From: Armatimonadota bacterium | GTDB taxonomy: Bacteria > Armatimonadota > Fimbriimonadia > Fimbriimonadales > GBS-DC | Direction: 5' to 3' | NCBI GenBank assembly: GCA_039630445.1 | Contig: JBCNVA010000141.1 | Location: 347 to 64,346 of the forward strand | Length of the DNA: 64,000 nt | Shown here: positions 16,974 through 23,673 of the stretch, piece by piece | Layout: each line of letters begins with the position of its first letter | How positions within the stretch are numbered: the first letter of the stretch is position 1 | Notes under the pieces: model-generated | The model's database searches: none | What the model saw: the letters and a program-made list of their open reading frames with translations, nothing else | Told to the model about the DNA's origin: nothing | Position numbers and translations under genes: made by a program

Positions 16974-17702
16974 ATGAAACGCATCGATGGACGGGCGGCG
17001 GATGAGCTGCGCCCTTTGAAAATCGAGTACGGCTTCCATCCTTACGCAGAGGGATCGTGCCTAATCACGATGGGCAACACGCGCGTGCTAATCACCGCAA
17101 CTGTCGAGGACAAAGTGCCCCCCTTCCTGAAGGGCACAGGCAGCGGTTGGATTACGGCAGAGTACGGCATGCTGCCCCGCGCGGGTAAGCAGCGCAGTCA
17201 GCGTGATGTGGCGCGCGGCACACCCAGCGGACGCACGATGGAGATTCAGCGGCTGATCGGACGCTCCATCCGCTCAGTAGTCGACCTTTCGCAGCTGGGT
17301 GAGCGCACGATTACCCTCGATTGCGATGTGCTTCAGGCGGACGGCGGCACGCGCACCGCCTGCGTCACAGGGGGGTTCGTCGCCTTCGTGCAGGCCTGCC
17401 GCTGGATGATTGATGAGGGCTATCTGCAGCGGTTCCCCTTCCAGGAGCATGTGGCAGCGATTAGCGTCGGCGTCGTTCGTAACGAGGAGCTGCTTGACTT
17501 GTGCTATGAGGAGGATGTGCAGGCGGCGGTCGATATGAATGTGGTAATGACCAATCGGGGGCGGTATGTAGAGATACAGGGGACGGCTGAGGGGATGCCC
17601 TTCTCGCGCGAGCGACTGCTGCGCCTGCTCGATTTAGCTCAGCGCGGGCTGGAACAGGTGTTTGCGATCCAGGCGCAGGCGGTGGAGGCGATTATGCGAT
17701 GA
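16974..17702 (+). CDS. rph: ribonuclease PH
   Basis: MKRIDGRAADELRPLKIE...GSCLITMGNTRVL...LQADGGTRTA. Canonical RNase PH. Confidence 0.95.
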   Translation: MKRIDGRAADELRPLKIEYGFHPYAEGSCLITMGNTRVLITATVEDKVPPFLKGTGSGWITAEYGMLPRAGKQRSQRDVARGTPSGRTMEIQRLIGRSIRSVVDLSQLGERTITLDCDVLQADGGTRTACVTGGFVAFVQACRWMIDEGYLQRFPFQEHVAAISVGVVRNEELLDLCYEEDVQAAVDMNVVMTNRGRYVEIQGTAEGMPFSRERLLRLLDLAQRGLEQVFAIQAQAVEAIMR

Positions 17703-18484
17703 AGGGTGCGCAGCGTATCGTGTCGCTTGCGCCATCCATTACCGAGATCCTGTTCGCGTTGGGGCTGGGCAAGCGCGTGGTGGGTGTCACTGAACTGTGC
17801 AACTATCCGCCTGAGGCGCGCGCCAAGCCCAAAGTGGGCGATGCCAACATTAGCCCCGAGCGTGTGGTCGCCCTCAAACCCGATCTGGTCGTGGCGCACG
17901 AACTGCTCAACGGGCGGGTGATCCCCGTGCTGCGCCGTCTGGGGCTGCGCGTGCTGAGCGCAAATCCGAACACCTTCGAAAAGCTGTTCGCGTTCATTCA
18001 GCAAATCGGTGAGGCAGCGGGTGTGCCTGAGCGGGCTACGCAGCTGGTGCGTCAGATGAAGGCGCGCATGCAGCGTGTGGCGCAGCGTGTCGCACGGGTA
18101 CGCACACGCCCGCGTGTGCTGTTTGCCATCAGCGTCGAGCCACTCTGGGCGTCGGGGAGGGGCACCTTCGCGGATGACCTGATTCGGCGTGCAGGAGGCG
18201 TTAATGCGCTCGGCTCGCAAGTGCAGGGCTTTCGTGCAATTAGCCTGGAAACCGCGCTTGCCTGCCGCCCTGAAGTGATCCTGCTGGCAGGTCCCCGCCG
18301 TGACGCGATTTTGAACGACCCGCGCTGGCGCAACACGCCTGCCGTGCAGCGCGGGCGTGTGTATGAAGTGAACCCTGACATCTACCTGCGCGAATCGCCT
18401 CGCCTGATCGATGCGCTGGAGCAACTGGCATCGTTACTGATGGGGCAATATGCCCCTTCCCATGCGGTTCGGAATAGTAATTAA
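17699..18484 (+). CDS. periplasmic-binding-protein type 8 (BtuF/FecB-like, cobalamin or Fe-siderophore) component
   Basis: RIVSLAPSITEILFALGLGKRVVGVT and LKPDLVV are typical of Peripla_BP_2 proteins. Start overlaps the rph stop (ATGA). No obvious signal peptide. Confidence 0.7.
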   Translation: MKGAQRIVSLAPSITEILFALGLGKRVVGVTELCNYPPEARAKPKVGDANISPERVVALKPDLVVAHELLNGRVIPVLRRLGLRVLSANPNTFEKLFAFIQQIGEAAGVPERATQLVRQMKARMQRVAQRVARVRTRPRVLFAISVEPLWASGRGTFADDLIRRAGGVNALGSQVQGFRAISLETALACRPEVILLAGPRRDAILNDPRWRNTPAVQRGRVYEVNPDIYLRESPRLIDALEQLASLLMGQYAPSHAVRNSN

Positions 18485-18540
18485 TGCAGTGCCGCACGCA
18501 GCCTTGACAGTGCTTCCGCAATTGGTGGGGCTGTATCTAA

Positions 18541-18707
18541 TACCGATTGGGTTTTCAAATGACGCATCGTCCTGTACGGCTAAAGCCGTTGCTATGCAAA
18601 CGAAGCCGACCTCCGTCGGTTGAATAGCCCGCGCAGGCGGGCTTTGTCTGCACAGGAACGGCTTCAGCCGTACCGGAATATTGCGCTACTTGAAACCCTG
18701 ATTGGTA
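18541..18707 (+). repeat. 167-nt unit bounded by an 18-nt inverted repeat and enclosing four GC-rich stem-loops (MITE-like element or structured ncRNA)
   Basis: Arms TACCGATTGGGTTTTCAA and TTGAAACCCTGATTGGTA: 14 Watson-Crick pairs, 3 G-T pairs, 1 mismatch. Hairpins at 18576-18589, 18604-18621, 18626-18643 and 18655-18674. Confidence 0.7.
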
Positions 18708-18716
18708 TAAACGGCA

Positions 18717-18731
18717 AAACGCAATTCGTTT
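18717..18731 (-). terminator. stem-loop AAACG-aattg-CGTTT followed by a U-rich tract, downstream of the lacI-family gene
   Basis: Minus strand reads AAACGAATTGCGTTTTGCCGTTTAT. The stem is short. Confidence 0.35.
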
Positions 18732-18749
18732 GGGTACGGTCATAATGGG

Positions 18750-19760
18750 CTAAGCCGACTCGCGTGGGACGAGGCGTGCGGGCACGATCAAGCGGCGTGG
18801 CTGCACCGGACGCCCCTCAATCAAGTCGATCAGGCGTTGCGTGGCGGCGCGTGCTAGTGCAGGAATATCGATCGCCACCGAAGTTAAGCTCGGTTCCACG
18901 AAGGCACCCAGCAGCGTGTCGTTGAAGCCGACCAGCGCGACATCGTCAGGGACGCGCAGCCCGCGTCGCTGCGCCTCGCGCATCGCACCAATCGCCAGCA
19001 CATCGTCCAGCGCCAGCACCGCGTCGGGCGGCTGGCTCAGGCAAAGCAGTTCACTCATCGCACGCGCCCCACCTTGCTCACTGAACGCGCCAAAGGTTAC
19101 CAAGCGAGTGTCGTAAGGGATGCCGTGCGCCTCGAGGGCTTCGCGATAGCCCTGCAAGCGGTCGCGCGTCACGGTCAGTCCTGCTGGCCCGCCGATATAG
19201 GCGATGCGTCGGCGCCCCCGCTGAATGAGGTACTCCGTCGCCATCCGCGCTGCACCCACATTATCGTTGTCCACCGTGTAGATGGCGTCCTCTGGCTCGT
19301 AGCGTCCGATCAGCACAAAGGGGAAGCCCTCCGCGCTCAGACGCGCGATGCGTTCATCGCGCGTCTCCGATTCGACCAGAATCAACCCATCCACGCGGCG
19401 TGTGCGTAGCAACTCCTCGTAAATGGCGCGTTGCCCACGCACGGTGCGCGCTGCATCCACACAGAGGTGATAGCCCTGCTTGCCCGCCTGATCGATGATG
19501 GAGGCAATCAAGGCGCTGAAAAAGGGATCCTGCGCCAGCGCTGCGGGCGACCGATGCACCACCAGTCCCAGCAGGCGCGTGCGTTGCGCCCGCAGCGATT
19601 GCGCCCGCGCATCGGGCACATAGCCCAGCGCCTCCACCACCGTCAGCACGCGCTGGCGCAACTCCTTATTGACCTGCGGGTCGTTGTTCAGCACGCGCGA
19701 GACCGTCGCCTGTGAGACCCGTGCCAGCCGCGCAATCTCCCGCTGCCTGATTTCTGCCAT
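18750..19760 (-). CDS. LacI-family transcriptional regulator
   Basis: N-terminal HTH IREIARLARVSQATVSRVLNN, followed by a sugar-binding PBP fold. Confidence 0.92.
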   Translation of the reverse strand: MAEIRQREIARLARVSQATVSRVLNNDPQVNKELRQRVLTVVEALGYVPDARAQSLRAQRTRLLGLVVHRSPAALAQDPFFSALIASIIDQAGKQGYHLCVDAARTVRGQRAIYEELLRTRRVDGLILVESETRDERIARLSAEGFPFVLIGRYEPEDAIYTVDNDNVGAARMATEYLIQRGRRRIAYIGGPAGLTVTRDRLQGYREALEAHGIPYDTRLVTFGAFSEQGGARAMSELLCLSQPPDAVLALDDVLAIGAMREAQRRGLRVPDDVALVGFNDTLLGAFVEPSLTSVAIDIPALARAATQRLIDLIEGRPVQPRRLIVPARLVPRESA

Positions 19761-19776
19761 CGGTCATTCCACCCTT

Positions 19777-19793
19777 TGGAAATACGAGTTCCA
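19777..19793. promoter_or_regulatory. inverted repeat TGGAA-N7-TTCCA, 17 nt upstream of the lacI-family gene start; candidate autoregulatory operator
   Basis: TGGAAATACGAGTTCCA read directly. The central CG is as in many LacI-type boxes, but the overall match is loose. Confidence 0.25.
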
Positions 19794-19802
19794 ACTCTTA
19801 TT

Positions 19803-19943
19803 ATAACCCAAGTTGCTACTTATCTGGGATTCCTCGCCTTCGGCTCGGAATGACAGGTTCGTTTTCACAAGGTTAGTGTTGTCATTCCGAGCGAAGCGAG
19901 GAATCTCACCTGCTCAAAAACAACAGGTAGCAACTCAGGTTAT
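19803..19943. repeat. nested-palindrome repeat element, copy 1 (141 bp)
   Basis: Outer arms ATAACCCAAGTTGCTAC and GTAGCAACTCAGGTTAT. Inner arms GATTCCTCGCCTTCGGCTCGGAATGACA and TGTCATTCCGAGCGAAGCGAGGAATC. Confidence 0.85.
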
Positions 19944-19985
19944 TATAGCCCATGAGGTTGCGCAAACACAAGTGCTGGGCGCCAT

Positions 19986-20011
19986 GTGTAAGAGGGAGAC
20001 ACCTCTTACAC
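19986..20011 (-). terminator. stem-loop GTGTAAGAGG-gagaca-CCTCTTACAC overlapping the stop codon of the Tat-Gfo/Idh/MocA gene
   Basis: 10-bp perfect stem. No U-tract on the minus strand. Confidence 0.4.
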
Positions 20012-21325
20012 CTTATCGGGCACTTCGAAGCCCTTTGCGTAGTGATTGCGGCGCAGCATTGCGTTCGCTTCACGGTCGTTGATAAACTGCTTACGCACAG
20101 GATCGAAGCGCAGTGAGCGTCCCAACCGATAGGAGATGTTCGCCAGATGCACCAGCTGCGCTGAGATGACTCCTTCCTCCACTTCGCAATTCAGATCCTC
20201 ACGCCGCCGGCTACGCACCGCCTGAATGAAGTTGCGGTAGTGGTCTGGCTCGCCCGTGCCCCGAAGCGGTGGAAGGTTCAGATGGGTAGCGGGTGTCAGC
20301 TCATCCTGCGGCGAGCGGCGCGCCTTGTAGCCATCACCTGACGACATGTAGCCCAGCGAGCCATACACCAGATTGCCCACCTTCGCGCCCTGCTCGTCGT
20401 TGGTAAACAGCCCGCGCACTTCGAACACCAGCAGCGAGCCGTCCTCAAACTCGAAGGTAGCTATCTGGGTGTTGGGTGTCTCGCCCTGATCCTTGTAGCC
20501 ATATCGACCGCCGACCGAGTGCACCTTGACAGGATAGCGCTTGTTCAGGAACCAGCGGGCGATGTCCAGCTGATGCACGCCCTGGTTGCCGATGTCGCCG
20601 TTGCCATAGAGCCAGAACCAGTGCCAGTTGTAATGCACATAGTTGGGGTTGAATCGGCGTCGTGCGGCAGGTCCCTGCCAGAGGTCCCAGTGCAGCCACG
20701 GAGGCGGATCGCTGTCGGGCTGGAAGCCAATCGGACCGCGCGGCTTGTAGCACAGCCCGCGCGCCATGTAGATTTGCCCAATCTCGCCTGCCCAGACGCG
20801 CTGCACTGCATTCCGCGTAGTGGGGTCGGAGCGGGTCTGATGCCCTACCTGCACGATGCGGTTGTACTTCCGCGCTGCCTCGATCATCTTTTCACCTTCG
20901 TGGAAGCTCCAACAGGCAGGTTTCTCCACATAGACATCCTTGCCTGCCTGACACGCCCAGATGGTGAGCAGCGCGTGCCAGTGGTTGGGCGTGGCAGTGG
21001 ACACTACATCCACCTCCTTGTCCTCCAGCAGCTGGCGCACATCGGTGTAGAGTTTGGGGCGCTTGCCCTGTTTCTGTTCTACCATCGCCGCGCCCTGCGG
21101 GAGCAACCGCTCATCCACATCGCAGAGGGCAACAATCTGCACGCCCTCCATCTCCAGAAAGCGGCGGATATGGGTCTTGCCCTGCCCGTTGAAGCCGACA
21201 ACGGCGACGCCAATCGTGTCGTTGGGGCTGTAGCTCCAGCTGCGTAGGAAGGTTAGCCCTGCCGCTGCGCCCAGCACCATCTTGCCCGACTGGATCAGAA
21301 AGGTGCGCCGATCGATCCGTTCCAT
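20006..21325 (-). CDS. Gfo/Idh/MocA-family oxidoreductase with Tat signal
   Basis: ORF track start is 21367 (GTG). ATG 21325 (MERIDRRTFLIQSGKMVLGAAAG) has GGAGG 7 nt upstream and gives an RR-x-FL Tat motif. Rossmann motif VAVVGFNGQGKTH. Confidence 0.8.
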   Translation of the reverse strand: MERIDRRTFLIQSGKMVLGAAAGLTFLRSWSYSPNDTIGVAVVGFNGQGKTHIRRFLEMEGVQIVALCDVDERLLPQGAAMVEQKQGKRPKLYTDVRQLLEDKEVDVVSTATPNHWHALLTIWACQAGKDVYVEKPACWSFHEGEKMIEAARKYNRIVQVGHQTRSDPTTRNAVQRVWAGEIGQIYMARGLCYKPRGPIGFQPDSDPPPWLHWDLWQGPAARRRFNPNYVHYNWHWFWLYGNGDIGNQGVHQLDIARWFLNKRYPVKVHSVGGRYGYKDQGETPNTQIATFEFEDGSLLVFEVRGLFTNDEQGAKVGNLVYGSLGYMSSGDGYKARRSPQDELTPATHLNLPPLRGTGEPDHYRNFIQAVRSRRREDLNCEVEEGVISAQLVHLANISYRLGRSLRFDPVRKQFINDREANAMLRRNHYAKGFEVPDKV

Positions 21326-21380
21326 AGGCTCGCCTCCGACATGGAGAGGTTTCAGCATAGGCGGCACAACTCCTGCGTGC

Positions 21381-22322
21381 TTAGGGCGGTGGCTCTAATC
21401 GCTGAATTTTCACAAGGGGCAGTAGTTGCAGCACTTGCTCGCGACGGGCGATTTCGGCGCCGCTGGTGGTGGCGGTGGCAGCGCCCGCTGCCGTGCCCCA
21501 GCGCAACGCCTCCTCCAGCGAGCCGCCTTGCGCCAGAATGTGCAGGATGCCCGCCACCATCGAGTCGCCGCTGCCGATGGTGCTGCGTACCTGTACCTGA
21601 GGTGGGATGGCACGGAACACGCCCTCGCTGGAGACGGCATCGGCGCCCCGCGCTCCGCGCGAGATAATCACATGGCGGATGCCACGCGCATGCAGCTCGC
21701 AGGCAGCGTCAAGGCAGTCGGTGTCACCGCGGAGCGCACGCCCCAGCAGGCGTTCTGCCTCCTGCTCGTTGGGTTTGATCAAATCGGGCTTGGCGCGTAG
21801 TCCCACCAGCATTGGCGGACCGTCGCTATCGAGGGCGCAGGGCACACCTGCCTGACGCGCCCGCTCAATCAGGATCGCATACGCCTCGCGTGGTGCGCCC
21901 GGTGGCAAGCTACCCCCCATCGCCAGCCACGATGCCTGCGGCAGGTACGCCTCCACTTTTGCCAGCAACGCTTCCCAGTCTTGTGGGCTGATTTCGGGAC
22001 CTGGCTCGTTCAGCATCGTGGGCGGTTGTCCCGTCGTTTCCTCGATGCACAGGTTGCGCCGAGTGGGTTTATCGAGCCAAACGAAGTCGTGGGGTACACC
22101 TTCGGCGTCCAGCACGGCGCATACGAACTGCCCCGTTTTGCCCCCCACGAACCCCAGCGCCATCACAGGGCTGCCCAGCGCGTGCGCCACCCGCGCCAGA
22201 TTGATGCCCTTGCCGCCCGCATCCACCTCCACCCGCAACACGCGATTCGTGTCATGCGGGCGCAACGCCTCTACAAAAATCGTCTCATCCACCGACGGGT
22301 TCAGCGTCACTGTGAGAATCAT
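21381..22322 (-). CDS. PfkB-family sugar-phosphate kinase (1-phosphofructokinase / tagatose-6-P kinase type)
   Basis: MILTVTLNPSVDETIFV...AGGKGINLARV...GSGDSMVAG. ORF track start is 22391; the family normally begins at MI.TVTLNP, so I use ATG 22322. Confidence 0.82.
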   Translation of the reverse strand: MILTVTLNPSVDETIFVEALRPHDTNRVLRVEVDAGGKGINLARVAHALGSPVMALGFVGGKTGQFVCAVLDAEGVPHDFVWLDKPTRRNLCIEETTGQPPTMLNEPGPEISPQDWEALLAKVEAYLPQASWLAMGGSLPPGAPREAYAILIERARQAGVPCALDSDGPPMLVGLRAKPDLIKPNEQEAERLLGRALRGDTDCLDAACELHARGIRHVIISRGARGADAVSSEGVFRAIPPQVQVRSTIGSGDSMVAGILHILAQGGSLEEALRWGTAAGAATATTSGAEIARREQVLQLLPLVKIQRLEPPP

Positions 22323-22507
22323 CGTTTCAACCCCACTATTCTTTGGGTACACCATAATCCTTGATGTGCCAATAAGGGGGTGAGGTGACAATCAGCGCGA
22401 CGCTCGCGTCGGGCGTCTCCGCCATGTTGCGACTATCCGCGATATAGATTTTCCCGTAAGGCATGCTGTTGCTGCCCGATGCCATCGTCTGGAGTATACC
22501 TCGCGGG

Positions 22508-22513
22508 TATAAT
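22508..22513 (+). promoter_or_regulatory. -10 hexamer TATAAT (GGGTATAAT) for the DJ-1/PfpI gene
   Basis: ~50-nt leader with hairpin CTGAGG-gaacg-CCTCAG and SD GAGGAGG before ATG 22565. Confidence 0.45.
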
Positions 22514-22564
22514 CCTTATTGCCTGAGGGAACGCCTCAGAGCCTGTTGACGAGGAGGTCGAACG

Positions 22565-23146
22565 ATGGCAACACGCAAGATACTGATGATTGTGGGCGAC
22601 TTCGTAGAGGATTACGAAGTGATGGTGCCCTTCCAGACGCTTCAAGCGGTTGGCTGTGAGGTTCATGCGGTCTGCCCCGGTAAACGCGCGGGTCAAAAAG
22701 TCCGCACAGCGATACACGACTTTGAAGGCGACCAGACCTACTCTGAGAAGCCCGGTCATAACTTCACGCTGAACTACTCGTTCGACGAAGTACGCCTCGA
22801 CGATTACGACGCGCTGGTCATTCCTGGTGGGCGTGCGCCCGAATACATTCGTCGCGAGCCGAAGGTGCTGGAGATGGTGCGCCACTTCTTTGAGCATAAC
22901 AAGCCAGTAGCCGCTATCTGTCATGGGCTGCAGGTGCTAAGCGCGGCGGGCGTGCTGCAGGGGCGTACTGTCACCGCCTACCCTGCCGTTGGGCCCGAGG
23001 TCACACTGGCAGGCGCACGCTATGAGGAAGTGCCGGTCGACAAGGCGGTAGTAGATGGCAAGTTGGTGACCGCACCTGCCTGGCCGGCGCATCCCGACTG
23101 GCTGGCGAAGTTCCTGCAAGTGTTAGGCGTGCGCATCGAAATGTAG
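22565..23146 (+). CDS. DJ-1/PfpI-family protein (PfpI-type intracellular protease/glyoxalase)
   Basis: [12 protein letters not shown]...[12 protein letters not shown] carries the nucleophile-elbow Cys-His. Confidence 0.88.
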   Translation: MATRKILMIVGDFVEDYEVMVPFQTLQAVGCEVHAVCPGKRAGQKVRTAIHDFEGDQTYSEKPGHNFTLNYSFDEVRLDDYDALVIPGGRAPEYIRREPKVLEMVRHFFEHNKPVAAICHGLQVLSAAGVLQGRTVTAYPAVGPEVTLAGARYEEVPVDKAVVDGKLVTAPAWPAHPDWLAKFLQVLGVRIEM

Positions 23147-23152
23147 ACCTGA

Positions 23153-23176
23153 CCCCCCGCTCGAAAGGGCGGGGGG
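23153..23176 (+). terminator. stem-loop CCCCCCGC-tcgaaagg-GCGGGGGG downstream of the DJ-1/PfpI gene
   Basis: 8-bp perfect GC stem, 7 nt after the stop. The T-tract is weak (ctatgcatt). Confidence 0.5.
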
Positions 23177-23188
23177 CTATGCATTAAG

Positions 23189-23382
23189 ATAACCCAAGTT
23201 GCTACCTATCGCCTTTGAGCGGGCGAGATTCCTCGCCTTCGGCTCGGAATGACAAGCTCCTTGCCGCGTAAAAAGCCTTGTCATTCCGAGCGAAGCCCTG
23301 TCATCCCGAACAGAGCCTTGTCATTCCGAGCGAAGCGAGGAATCTCACCTGCCTAAAGGCAACAGGTAGCAACTTGGGCAAT
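23189..23382. repeat. nested-palindrome repeat element, copy 2 (194 bp) with triplicated right inner arm
   Basis: Outer arms ATAACCCAAGTTGCTAC and GTAGCAACTTGGGCAAT. The right side holds CTTGTCATTCCGAGCGAAGC, CCTGTCATCCCGAACAGAGC and CTTGTCATTCCGAGCGAAGC in tandem. Confidence 0.85.
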
Positions 23383-23545
23383 ATTTGAAATCCCGATGGG
23401 TATAAGAAGCGATTTGCTCGAACAGTGCACGATATGGGGGCGTGCAAAGGGCAGAGGTACATCTGGTGAGCCGCGTGGAGTATATGCGGGACTGGGCACG
23501 GGTGGGGGTTCCTGTGCCTGGCAAGGTTCGAATCGTCCAACCTTC

Positions 23546-23620
23546 TGGTGAGCCGGGTGGGATTCGAACCCACGACCAACGGCTTAAAAGGCCGCTGCTC
23601 TGCCCCTGAGCTACCGGCTC
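23546..23620 (-). tRNA. tRNA-Lys (anticodon UUU), CCA encoded
   Basis: Hand-folded cloverleaf on the minus strand: GAGCCGG-TA-GCTC-AGGGGCA-GAGC-A-GCGGC-CTTTTAA-GCCGT-TGGTC-GTGGG-TTCGAAT-CCCAC-CCGGCTC-A-CCA. Confidence 0.95.
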
Positions 23621-23673
23621 GCCATGTGAATTATACCCGCTGACGGGGTACAATCTTGCAAGGAGGAGACGCG

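Noticed and set aside
17639-18424. 261-aa minus-strand ORF
   Set aside because: It is antisense to the BtuF-like binding-protein gene. Its Arg/His/Ala-rich sequence is low-complexity and has no motifs.
18485-18749. Cobalamin riboswitch, suggested by the adjacent BtuF-like gene
   Set aside because: The element is downstream of that gene, not upstream. I could not find a B12-box-like core (no GCCACUG-type motif).
22433-22924. 163-aa minus-strand ORF
   Set aside because: It overlaps the DJ-1/PfpI gene on the opposite strand. The DJ-1/PfpI frame carries the catalytic Cys-His elbow and has a promoter and SD.
23525-23534. Second tRNA next to tRNA-Lys, suggested by GGTTCGAATC
   Set aside because: Flanking bases do not form a T-stem, acceptor stem or anticodon arm on either strand. 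At most it is a decayed fragment.
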